Positions 27,762 to 36,710 of a stretch of 64,000 nucleotides of DNA are shown in pieces. The position numbers were made by a program, and so were the translations under genes. The notes beneath the pieces were generated by a model, which saw only the letters and a program-made list of their open reading frames with translations, was not told the origin of the DNA and made no database searches. The first letter of the stretch is position 1. Each line of letters starts with the position of its first letter. This DNA comes from an uncultured Candidatus Saccharibacteria bacterium (GTDB taxonomy: Bacteria; Patescibacteriota; Minisyncoccia; Phycocordibacterales; PALSA-1337), in the NCBI GenBank assembly GCA_964416985.1, contig CAYQFS010000001.1, positions 83,413 to 147,412 of the forward strand, read 5' to 3'.

Positions 27762-30700
27762 ATGAAACATTCCTGGATCAAGAAGATTTTTATCGCATCC
27801 TTTTTCATAGTAGTTTTCTTGTCTCCTCTTAGTAATGTACGTGCTGATATTACCTCGAGCTTTCTTGGTCACTGGACATTTGATACTACTAACACGAATT
27901 GGGGCACTAATACAACATCTGACACATCCAGTAATGGGTATAATGGTACATTAACTAATTTTTATTCTGCGACGAGTACTGTTGTTGGGCAGCTCAATCA
28001 AGGTCTCTATTTTGATGGTGTCGATGATAAAGTAAGTCTCCCAACATCAGTTGTTGGCAGTAGTATAACACTTTCTGCATGGATAAAGCCTGCGGTGGTT
28101 AACAAGGAGCAACGCATCATTAACTACCATAACCGGTATCGACTCGAACTTTCTGATAATGGAAAACTATACTGTGCATTTCATACTGTAAATCAGTCAT
28201 GGAACTTCTGTAGTACTCTCGGAAATACCACACTTGTAGCGAATCGTTGGTACCACGTCGCTGTAACATACGATGGATCGTCGACGTATACGTATTATCT
28301 AAATGGAGTCGCAAACGGAAGTAACTCATCTCAATTTACTGGGGCATTAACTGGAGGGTCACTTACTCCTTGTATTGGTGATGCCTGTGGAGATGGAAAT
28401 ACTACAGCTTTTTTTAAGGGATCAATGGATGATGTCAACATCTACAGTCGAGCCCTTTCTTCTGGCGATATGCTTGAGTTGTATACTTCTGCTTTTGTAC
28501 CCACCATCACTACCTCCGATGCATCTTCCATCACCGCTACAACTGCCACTCTCAATGGTTCGATAGATGTTGCCAATGCCGCCTCCTCAACAATCCGAGG
28601 ATTTGCTTATGGGACGAGCGCAACACTTTCTACGGTAATAGCTACTACAACCGAGAGTGGGATATTTGATTCGGGAGCATTTACTTCAGCTGTTTCCGGT
28701 CTTACAGGAAATACGACATATTATGTACGAGCATATGCGTCAAATGCTACATCGACAGGGTATGGAACTATCAAATCTTTCACCACCTCTGTGGCTGTGG
28801 TTGTCCCTACAGTGACAGTTCAGTCGGCTTCCTCAATTACTGCAACTATGGTTACCCTGAATGGGACAATGACGTCTGATGGGAATGCTTCCTCTACTGT
28901 ACGAGGCTTTGCATATGGGACAGATACTAGTTACAGTCTGGGAACAACTACCGAGAATGGTACCTTTGCAATAGGTTCTTTCACAAGTAGCATCTCTTCT
29001 CTCACGTGTAATACGACGTATCATGTGCGTGCATACTCTACAAATTCGGCGGGAACAGGCTTTAGCGGCGATCAGACATTTTTAACAAGCCCATGTGTTC
29101 CAGGAAATCCAACCTCCGTTGTTGCTGTAGCGGGGAATGGTCAGGCGACTATATCATTTACTATTCCTGGAAGTGATGGGGGGTCTACGATTTTGTACTA
29201 CACTGCATCTTCGACCCCAGGAACCCAAGCTGGTTACGGGACTTCTCCGATTACAGTCTCGGGACTTTCAAATGGAACCACATATACATTTACTGTAACT
29301 GCTACAAATGCAGTTGGGACAAGTACCGCAAGTTCTGCATCAAACTCGATAACTCCTTCTACAACACCCACCATCACTACCTCCGACGCATCTTCCATCA
29401 CCGCTACAACTGCCACTCTCAATGGTTCGATAGATGCTCTCGGGGGAGCTTCTGTTACTGATCGTGGTTTTGAATGGGGTACTAATAATGCTTATGGAAA
29501 TAGTATTTCAACAAACGGCAGTTACTCGGTAGGAACATATAATGCAGATCTTTCTGGTTTGACGTGTAATACTGAATATCATGTACGAGCATTTGCAACT
29601 AACTCTGTCGGGACTGCTTCATCAAGCGATTCTTCTTTTACAACTTCTGCCTGCCCGGTATCATCTACTCCTTCCTCAAGCAGCGGTAGTTCTTCGGGCG
29701 GTGGGGGGAGATCAGGATTTGTTCAAATACTTCCCACCCCTTCTCTTGTTACAAAAGTTTTTGATATCATTACCCCTTCTTTTCTAAAGCCTAAAGTAGT
29801 TCCTGCCGCTGTTGCTCCCATCATAGAAATTAAAAACCCTCTTGACGGGTCGTGGAAACTTCTTCCTCAAGAGCCAGTGAAATCTTTTGTCCTTGCTCCA
29901 TTACCTGAGGAAGTGCTCGTTCTCACTGCCAAGTTTCCTGAATTAGAAAAGACGTTCAAAACACTTGGTATTACCAAGGTAAGTGATCTCGGTAAACTTA
30001 AAAATGCAAGTATCAATCTACCCAACTTGAGTGCACGAGTAGGTGCTAATGGGGCAGTTCCAATTGGTTCTTTAACTCCAGATCAGAAGAAGATGCTTCC
30101 GACCGAAGTTGTTTTTGCAAGATCGGGTACTGTTGATTATAACGTAGGACTTACTGTAAATAACGGAAATCCTGAACAGCAGGTAAAAACAATTGTTGGA
30201 AAGCCACTCGATCTTGCCATTAAAGCCGATAAACCCGTTAAAGAAATAAAAGGTTACTTGACCGTGAAAAACATCGAAAGAAAGTCTGTTTCAAGGCCTA
30301 TCCCTTCCGATTCAATGCTTGCTTCAGTCGTTGCTGCGATATTACCAACACCACATCCACGGACTGAAGGGGTTGAAGTAGAACAAAAACTTGTTCTTCA
30401 GGAATTTAATTATAGTGATGATAATAATGACGGGATTTACACTGCCCAAGTTCAGACTCCCTTACTTAAGGGTGAATACGATATTATTTCAGTAATGCAG
30501 TATCGGGATATTAAATTAGGTTCCAAAGAGTTTCATTTGACAACTGTCGTTGATCCGGAAGGATATATTTATCGTGATAGTGGTAATGGAGAAGAGACTC
30601 GTATTCATGACGCTACTGTCACTATTTTTCAAAAGAATCTTAGTACATCAGATTTTGAATTATGGCCGGCAAATAATTTCCAACAGACAAATCCTCAATT

Positions 30701-30893
30701 GACGGATAAGAGCGGAACTTACTCGTTCCTTGTTCCTGAAGGTATTTACAAAATTACTGTATCTGCACCTGGTTACGAGGATTATATAGGCAGTGAGTTC
30801 TCTGTTGTACAGGGTGGGGGAGTACATACAAACATTGTTCTCAAGCCGAAAGGTGTGTGGAATCGTTTCTTGCGTTCAATAAAATTAAATTAG
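27762..30893 (+). CDS. large secreted/surface protein: signal peptide, LamG (concanavalin A-like) domain, ~5 tandem Fn3-like repeats, C-terminal carboxypeptidase-regulatory-like beta-sandwich
   Basis: 1043 aa. N-terminal signal peptide (MKHSWIKKIFIASFFIVVFLSPLSNVRA). LamG-like block (...YFDGVDDKV...LSAWIKP...WYHVAVTYDG...). Repeated ~95-aa units with SSITATTATLNGSID...YYVRAYASNA..G.G..SFTTS. G/S-rich linker. C-terminal DATVTIFQKN...GTYSFLVPEGIYKITVSAPGYEDY. Confidence 0.75.
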   Translation: MKHSWIKKIFIASFFIVVFLSPLSNVRADITSSFLGHWTFDTTNTNWGTNTTSDTSSNGYNGTLTNFYSATSTVVGQLNQGLYFDGVDDKVSLPTSVVGSSITLSAWIKPAVVNKEQRIINYHNRYRLELSDNGKLYCAFHTVNQSWNFCSTLGNTTLVANRWYHVAVTYDGSSTYTYYLNGVANGSNSSQFTGALTGGSLTPCIGDACGDGNTTAFFKGSMDDVNIYSRALSSGDMLELYTSAFVPTITTSDASSITATTATLNGSIDVANAASSTIRGFAYGTSATLSTVIATTTESGIFDSGAFTSAVSGLTGNTTYYVRAYASNATSTGYGTIKSFTTSVAVVVPTVTVQSASSITATMVTLNGTMTSDGNASSTVRGFAYGTDTSYSLGTTTENGTFAIGSFTSSISSLTCNTTYHVRAYSTNSAGTGFSGDQTFLTSPCVPGNPTSVVAVAGNGQATISFTIPGSDGGSTILYYTASSTPGTQAGYGTSPITVSGLSNGTTYTFTVTATNAVGTSTASSASNSITPSTTPTITTSDASSITATTATLNGSIDALGGASVTDRGFEWGTNNAYGNSISTNGSYSVGTYNADLSGLTCNTEYHVRAFATNSVGTASSSDSSFTTSACPVSSTPSSSSGSSSGGGGRSGFVQILPTPSLVTKVFDIITPSFLKPKVVPAAVAPIIEIKNPLDGSWKLLPQEPVKSFVLAPLPEEVLVLTAKFPELEKTFKTLGITKVSDLGKLKNASINLPNLSARVGANGAVPIGSLTPDQKKMLPTEVVFARSGTVDYNVGLTVNNGNPEQQVKTIVGKPLDLAIKADKPVKEIKGYLTVKNIERKSVSRPIPSDSMLASVVAAILPTPHPRTEGVEVEQKLVLQEFNYSDDNNDGIYTAQVQTPLLKGEYDIISVMQYRDIKLGSKEFHLTTVVDPEGYIYRDSGNGEETRIHDATVTIFQKNLSTSDFELWPANNFQQTNPQLTDKSGTYSFLVPEGIYKITVSAPGYEDYIGSEFSVVQGGGVHTNIVLKPKGVWNRFLRSIKLN

Positions 30894-30898
30894 ATAAT

Positions 30899-31276
30899 AT
30901 GAAGAATATGTTTACAAAAAATTCCTTCATGATCATAGCTATTGGGGTACTTGCAATTACAACAATTTTGTATTCTATAAAAAGTTACTCCTTGGCGCAG
31001 AGACTTGCAGAAATGGAAAAAAATCTCCAACCACAGGTTGCTCACACGGAGATTGCGAAGTTTACGAAATTATTTATTGATAAAGTTTTGAATGCAGAAG
31101 GTTCGGTAAGTTTTGACACAAGACTTGAGCTAGAGAATGCTGTACGTGCGACGAGAGATGATGAGCTTTTATCTCAGTGGAATGCCTTTGTGAATAGTAA
31201 GACAGAAGCAGAGGCACAGACTCAAGTTAAAAGATTGTTGGCTATGTTGGTAACAAAGATTGTTCCAGCTCAATAA
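30899..31276 (+). CDS. membrane-anchored hypothetical protein (N-terminal TM + helical domain)
   Basis: Start chosen at MKNMFTKNSF... right after the upstream stop (ORF track gives 30857). 126 aa. Confidence 0.45.
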   Translation: MKNMFTKNSFMIIAIGVLAITTILYSIKSYSLAQRLAEMEKNLQPQVAHTEIAKFTKLFIDKVLNAEGSVSFDTRLELENAVRATRDDELLSQWNAFVNSKTEAEAQTQVKRLLAMLVTKIVPAQ

Positions 31277-31330
31277 ATAAAAAAGCCCCGAAAAAATTCG
31301 GGGCTGTGAAAGGGGGCTATAAGCCTCCCG
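31271..31330. terminator. tandem hairpin terminators between convergent genes
   Basis: AGCCCCGAA-aaaa-TTCGGGGCT perfect hairpin (31284-31305) with A-tract upstream, which is a T-tract on the minus strand. Second hairpin GGGGGCT-ata-AGCCTCC (31312-31329). Confidence 0.6.
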
Positions 31331-31343
31331 ATTCTAATTTATT

Positions 31344-33512
31344 TTACTGATGGCCAAGGAGCCATGAAGGTAGGGCGGTACCTCGTACTGCCTGCTTTCG
31401 ATTAATTTCTTCAACCGCGACCTCTTTCTTCACTCTTTCAACAATGCGGTCATCGATGAATGTTTTTTCTCCGACGAGATACTCGGGGAGACCGAAGGGG
31501 TTGAAAGGTAATGGAGGAGCATCTGGGTGCGTCAATGAATATTTTGACACCGTTGGGTCACCATTTTCCTTACCATCCAGAATCGTACCAATTTCTATTA
31601 GCTGTTGGCGAGCCATTTTTCGTGACTCGGATTGAGATGATTTTAGTGTGTAGCTTTGTTGCATCATCATCTGTTGTCCCGATTGGTATGAACCACTTGG
31701 CCAGACTGTTCGGAAGAATAGTGTCTGGCGATTGTTAACTGCGATTGCGGCTACCGCTTTTCGCAGCGGTCCTACAACAACCGTTGCCTCGACTGTCCAA
31801 GGACCATCGATGCTCTCTGCGACAAGTACGTCGTTCGTGGTATTTGGGATTGAGTGTACCACCAGATAGTTCGTCGTCCGGTCGAGAGTGAGTCCGTTGT
31901 AGTTGATAGGATCATCGTACACGTAGTTGGTGATTGCTGGCCCAAATGGCCCTTCAACAAGGGGATACCATTCCCGACTCAGATTCCAGAACGTGTTCGA
32001 ACTGGCTTTGTTGAGGGCGAAACCTTCACCGACAGCAAGTTGTGGCATTGTTGGCCACCACGAGTTACTTGTATACATGTAATTCGTGTATGTCCCGCTT
32101 GTGGGAAGGTATTGGTATAAGATGTCACCTTCAGTCACGGGTAACTTAAAACTCTCAGGATTTCCTGCCCGTGGATAAGGATATGACAGAATACTTTCGT
32201 GGTCGAGGATTTCACGTCCTATTCCTCCTTGTAAAACACGTCCTGCAAATGTGACAGAGATAGTGCTTCCTGAGGGGTTCGAAACCAGAGCTGCTTCTCC
32301 TGCAACAAGTTTGTCATTAGGGATAGTCCAGTTTGTTCCATCCCATATGTTTGTCGTCCATGTAGACCCGTACGACTTTTCAACCCTGCTTCCCGCAGGT
32401 AACTTGTAGAAGAGTTTCTTAATTCGAGGATCCATCACCGAAAACTGATTTGCGACAAGTGCTTTCTTGCCTGCAGCGATGGAAACCGTGTAGTACCCAA
32501 TAATATTCGAGACATCATTGGTTGATCTTATCCTGAAGTACAGGTTACTCGCTCCACCACTATAAACGTTCAGGGACATGATACCGTTTGTGGTAGAGTT
32601 TGCTGAACTTGATATTGTCGTCGACACTATAGTCCAATCTTGGGAGAGCAGATTGGTCTTTGATTCAAGGATGTAGGTTGTGCCTTCCGTTACCCATCCG
32701 AGTTTCAATGTCAGTAACTCATTTTGCCCAACAACATTTACTCCTTTAGGCAGACCTTGCTGCCATAAGCTAATTGTGTGTTTTTGAATTCCTATTGCTG
32801 GCTGAGCAAAGACATTTGTCACGATTATTGCAAGTGGGTTAGTACTTACCACTTTCACATCCCACGTTGCGATACTTGTATTTGAAGCTTTGTACGCTGT
32901 GGTTGCTGAGCCGTTTGTCCCTTTTACTGTAAAGGCAGCAAAAGGCCGACTGAGATGATCCATAAAAGGATCGTATAGTATGCTCACTGTCGCTTCGTTA
33001 GTTACTGATAAGCCGAAGCCATCAGGTGAATTGCCTAGACCCACATCACTTGAACCTCCAGATGAGTTATTTGTGGATGCTGCAATTTCCATGAAGTTTA
33101 ATGGAGGGTAGTACGGGTCCCCTGGACCAGAAGGAATGTGACCGCCATAGACGACCGGTGGGTCTGGCTGCATCCAGTCGTCGAATATACCACCGAAGTC
33201 TGGATCAAATGATGGTATGATCGGTGGCGGTTCATTGTTTGTGTAATTTGGGTATGATGGTTTTCCCGAAGGGAAATCGGGAGGAAAGGTGGGTGGTTCG
33301 TATGGAGGGCTATTGGTTTTTCCACTATTGATCTCGTCGATCAGGTTACTCGAAACTTCAGAGATCAAGTTTGTGAAGTCGTTGTTTAGTGTGTTGGTGA
33401 CGCCCACGTAGGGATCTGTGTATGTGGGGACACCTAGTGCCTGATTTAACCAACCAGTAACAATTAATGTTACCACAATGCTCATGAGAGCGTTCAACGG
33501 ATTTCGTTTCAT
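31344..33512 (-). CDS. large secreted hypothetical protein, Pro-rich N-terminal region
   Basis: Start chosen at MKRNPLNALMSIVVTLIVTGWLNQALG (signal peptide) with an AAAGGAAG RBS; ORF-track start 33650 rejected. 723 aa. PPYEPPTFPPDFPSGKPSYP low-complexity region, then S/T/N-rich beta-rich body. No known catalytic motif. Confidence 0.6.
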   Translation of the reverse strand: MKRNPLNALMSIVVTLIVTGWLNQALGVPTYTDPYVGVTNTLNNDFTNLISEVSSNLIDEINSGKTNSPPYEPPTFPPDFPSGKPSYPNYTNNEPPPIIPSFDPDFGGIFDDWMQPDPPVVYGGHIPSGPGDPYYPPLNFMEIAASTNNSSGGSSDVGLGNSPDGFGLSVTNEATVSILYDPFMDHLSRPFAAFTVKGTNGSATTAYKASNTSIATWDVKVVSTNPLAIIVTNVFAQPAIGIQKHTISLWQQGLPKGVNVVGQNELLTLKLGWVTEGTTYILESKTNLLSQDWTIVSTTISSSANSTTNGIMSLNVYSGGASNLYFRIRSTNDVSNIIGYYTVSIAAGKKALVANQFSVMDPRIKKLFYKLPAGSRVEKSYGSTWTTNIWDGTNWTIPNDKLVAGEAALVSNPSGSTISVTFAGRVLQGGIGREILDHESILSYPYPRAGNPESFKLPVTEGDILYQYLPTSGTYTNYMYTSNSWWPTMPQLAVGEGFALNKASSNTFWNLSREWYPLVEGPFGPAITNYVYDDPINYNGLTLDRTTNYLVVHSIPNTTNDVLVAESIDGPWTVEATVVVGPLRKAVAAIAVNNRQTLFFRTVWPSGSYQSGQQMMMQQSYTLKSSQSESRKMARQQLIEIGTILDGKENGDPTVSKYSLTHPDAPPLPFNPFGLPEYLVGEKTFIDDRIVERVKKEVAVEEINRKQAVRGTALPSWLLGHQ

Positions 33513-33729
33513 TTGCTTCCTTTCATCTGACCTGTTTTGGTTGTACCCCCTTGTAAAGGAAAGACCATCGGGGGGTAATGCGATGGTCGGCTGGCTATCA
33601 AATAACAAAATAACCAATCTAAAATTGAGGGTATCATAAAATAAGTCCATCGACCATTGACAGATTGGGAAACATGTCCTCCGTTGGAAAACTGTTTTCT
33701 TTCATTTTCCCCAATTTATCGTATAATCA

Positions 33730-35658
33730 ATGCCTATGAAGAAACACAATGACCCGCAAGGAGAAAAGGGAAAAAAGGGACAGAAGAAGCCCTCGAAACT
33801 TCGCTTTTTGAATACGATTTCCACAGCAATTCTCATCCTTTTCCTCATCACTGGATTTTATTCAATTCTTGTCGACCAGACGGCTGAGAAAAATCTTATT
33901 CCACTTTCAGAACTTGTTCACGATGTTGGTATGGGTAAAGTCACAGCTATTACTGTTCAGGGAAATACGCTTATTGCAGAATACGAAGACAAGGCGACCA
34001 AGATTTCCAAAAAGGAAACCGACGCTTCTGTCACAGAGACATTTACAAGTTATGGATTGACTCCTGAAAAGTTGAACGCAGTTAAAATTTCGATTGAAGG
34101 ACCGAGTGGGTTCTGGTTCTGGGTCGGACAGCTTGCACCCTTCATTGCACCTCTTTTCTTTTTAGCGCTCATTATTTGGTTTTTGACGCGGCAAGTGAGA
34201 GGTCAGGGAGGACTTCAGGCCTTCTCATTTGGTCAGTCGAAGGCCCGCATCACATTGCCAGACGACAAAAAGCAGAAAGTAACATTCAAGGATGTTGCTG
34301 GAGCAAAAGAAGCAAAGCAGGAACTTTCAGAAATCGTGGATTTTTTGAGAAATCCAAAAAAGTTTTTGGAAATTGGTGCGGTTATTCCAAAAGGAATTCT
34401 TCTCATGGGAGCTCCAGGAACTGGAAAGACCCTGCTCGCGCGAGCGGTGGCTGGAGAAGCGGGTGTGGCGTTCTTTGCTATTTCTGGATCTGAGTTTGTA
34501 GAAATGTTTGTGGGAGTTGGAGCATCGAGAGTCCGGGATCTCTTTAAAATTGCAAAGGAAAGTGCACCAGCAATTATTTTTGTTGATGAAATTGATGCAG
34601 TTGGGCGAGTGCGAGGGACGGGAGTTGGGGGAGGAAATGATGAGAGGGAACAGACATTGAACCAGATCCTTGTTGAGATGGACGGATTCGAGCCAAATGA
34701 GAAAGTGATTGTCATGGCTGCAACAAACAGACCTGATGTTCTTGATCCAGCACTTCTTCGACCAGGGCGATTTGACCGTCGGGTGACTATTGACCTTCCT
34801 GATCGAAATGATCGCGAGGAAATTTTGAAAATACATTCCGCAAAGAAACCTTTTGCTGAAGATGTCGCCCTTCGAGTCATTGCCGAGAGAACTCCGGGAT
34901 TTTCTGGTGCCGACCTCTATTCTCTTATGAATGAAGGAGCGATTCTTGCTGCTCGGGAAAATAGGACAAAAGTCTCTCAGTATGATCTCATTCGCGCTAT
35001 TGAAAAAGTAATGCTCGGGCCTGAGAGGAAAAGTCATCTTTTGTCTAAAAAAGAGAAAGAAATTACTGCGTATCATGAAGCAGGTCATGCTCTCGTTGCC
35101 TCAGTTCTTCCATTTGCTGATCCAGTTCACAAGATTTCAATTATTTCTCGGGGACGGGCTGCTGGATATACTTTGCACCTTCCTCTCGAAGATCGTAAGA
35201 TGCAATCAAAGAGGGAATTTCTCGATGACATCGCTGTCTCTCTCGGAGGCTACGTCGTGGAAAAAATGATGTTTGGAGATGTCACTACCGGCCCTTCAAA
35301 TGATCTCCAGGTTTCAACGGCTCTCGCTCGTGACATGGTTACGAAATATGGAATGTCAGAAAAGATCGGAGTCCTTGCTCTCGAAGGTTCTGGAGGTCGG
35401 GCGATGTTTGGAAAGGGAGTGGAAGACAGGGAATATTCTGAAAAAGTTGGAGCTGATATCGACAGTGAAGTCGCTCGTATTATGAAAGAAGGGTTTGAGA
35501 AAGCAGAAAAGATTGTGACTGAAAATAAAAAGGCCCTCGACGCTATTGCCCGAAGACTTGTCGAAGTCGAGACGATCGAAAGAGAAGAGTACGAGTCAAT
35601 CATCATTGCTCATGGGATTCAGCCAAAGAAAAAGCTCGACATTGAACATCAGTCGTAA
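33730..35658 (+). CDS. ftsH: ATP-dependent zinc metalloprotease FtsH
   Basis: N-terminal TM, AAA+ Walker [19 protein letters not shown] zinc site. Confidence 0.97.
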   Translation: MPMKKHNDPQGEKGKKGQKKPSKLRFLNTISTAILILFLITGFYSILVDQTAEKNLIPLSELVHDVGMGKVTAITVQGNTLIAEYEDKATKISKKETDASVTETFTSYGLTPEKLNAVKISIEGPSGFWFWVGQLAPFIAPLFFLALIIWFLTRQVRGQGGLQAFSFGQSKARITLPDDKKQKVTFKDVAGAKEAKQELSEIVDFLRNPKKFLEIGAVIPKGILLMGAPGTGKTLLARAVAGEAGVAFFAISGSEFVEMFVGVGASRVRDLFKIAKESAPAIIFVDEIDAVGRVRGTGVGGGNDEREQTLNQILVEMDGFEPNEKVIVMAATNRPDVLDPALLRPGRFDRRVTIDLPDRNDREEILKIHSAKKPFAEDVALRVIAERTPGFSGADLYSLMNEGAILAARENRTKVSQYDLIRAIEKVMLGPERKSHLLSKKEKEITAYHEAGHALVASVLPFADPVHKISIISRGRAAGYTLHLPLEDRKMQSKREFLDDIAVSLGGYVVEKMMFGDVTTGPSNDLQVSTALARDMVTKYGMSEKIGVLALEGSGGRAMFGKGVEDREYSEKVGADIDSEVARIMKEGFEKAEKIVTENKKALDAIARRLVEVETIEREEYESIIIAHGIQPKKKLDIEHQS

Positions 35659-35678
35659 TTTTTTGTCTGGCCGTTTAA

Positions 35679-36587
35679 TTGCTTACGATGTCTTTCATTA
35701 AAAAATCATTTGTGTGGATTGTGCTCATTGTGATGATGGGCTTATGGAGTTACCAGTATTTTGTCATAAACGCCCCGTGTGCCCAACCCATCTACTATCA
35801 TCTCGGAGTATTTGATACGAGATTCAACATTAGCAAAGTAGATTTTCTTTCTGCTGTTGATGAGGCGACTCTCATTTGGGAAAAGGCCCTTGGCAAGGAT
35901 CTTTTTTCTCCGAGTACAGAGGGGAGGCTTGATATAAATTTGGTTTACGACGATCGTCAAGCTCTCGCCGAAAAGAACCGTACGCTTACAGCACAGGTCG
36001 ACACACAAAAAGTTTCGGCTGATGCAATCAAGGCGCAATTTCTATCTCTCCAAAATCGCCTTGATGAAAGAAAAAAAGAATACGAAGCGCTCGTTTCTGA
36101 GTTCGAGAAGGCACAGGATTCCTACAACACCGAAGTTCGTTTATGGAATCGAAAGGGGGGTGCTCCGAAAGATGAGTATGAAAAATTGAATAACGACAAG
36201 GATGCCCTCGTTGCTTTCCAAGCTAGAGTTGAAACGAAACGCCTCGAGGTTAATGCTCTCGTTGATGAAATAAATGCTCTTGTCAAAAAGTATAATTATC
36301 TCGTCGGAACGGTCAATTCTACTATTTCGACAATTAACAAAGATGCAGGGAAGGAGTTTGAGGAAGGGGAATTTATTTCTGACAGAAATGGAGAAAGAAT
36401 AAATATTTATGAATTTGGAAACCACCAGGTTCTCGTCAGAGTTCTTGCTCATGAGTTTGGACATGCCTTGGGACTTGATCACAATGATAATCCAGATTCT
36501 ATTATGTATTACCTGAATAACAGCAAAAATATGAAATTGACGGCTGAGGACACAGCGGCCGTGAAGGCGGTGTGTGGGGTGGAGTGA
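35679..36587 (+). CDS. membrane-anchored matrixin-like (metzincin, M10-like) zinc metalloprotease with coiled-coil linker
   Basis: N-terminal TM helix. Long coiled-coil region (LQNRLDERKKEYEALVSEFEKAQ...). C-terminal HEFGHALGLDHNDNPDSIMYY, i.e. HExxHxxGxxH plus Met-turn. Confidence 0.7.
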   Translation: MLTMSFIKKSFVWIVLIVMMGLWSYQYFVINAPCAQPIYYHLGVFDTRFNISKVDFLSAVDEATLIWEKALGKDLFSPSTEGRLDINLVYDDRQALAEKNRTLTAQVDTQKVSADAIKAQFLSLQNRLDERKKEYEALVSEFEKAQDSYNTEVRLWNRKGGAPKDEYEKLNNDKDALVAFQARVETKRLEVNALVDEINALVKKYNYLVGTVNSTISTINKDAGKEFEEGEFISDRNGERINIYEFGNHQVLVRVLAHEFGHALGLDHNDNPDSIMYYLNNSKNMKLTAEDTAAVKAVCGVE

Positions 36588-36634
36588 GCTTGATTTGAAA
36601 GTCAACCAACTTTAGTCTATGATAAGCCTTACAT

Positions 36635-36708
36635 GCGCCTTTAGCTCAGTTGGTTAGAGCACAGAGCTTATACCTCTGGGGTCCTTGGTTCGAATCCAAG
36701 AAGGCGCA
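36635..36708 (+). tRNA. tRNA-Ile (anticodon UAU)
   Basis: Cloverleaf: acceptor GCGCCTT/AAGGCGC; D-arm GCTC-AGTTGGTTA-GAGC; anticodon stem CAGAG/CTCTG with loop CT-TAT-AC; T-arm CTTGG-TTCGAAT-CCAAG; discriminator A. CCA not encoded. Confidence 0.85.
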
Positions 36709-36710
36709 CA

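Noticed and set aside
33513-33650. 46-aa N-terminal extension of the 768-aa minus-strand ORF (ORF-track start at 33650)
   Set aside because: The Met at 33512 is preceded by an AAAGGAAG RBS and begins a classic signal peptide. The upstream extension lacks an RBS and has no signal-peptide character.
34233-35606. 215-, 253- and 118-aa ORFs on the minus strand inside ftsH
   Set aside because: They overlap the AAA+ and protease domains of an unambiguous FtsH. Arg/Ser-rich translations are typical of antisense frames of GA-rich coding DNA.
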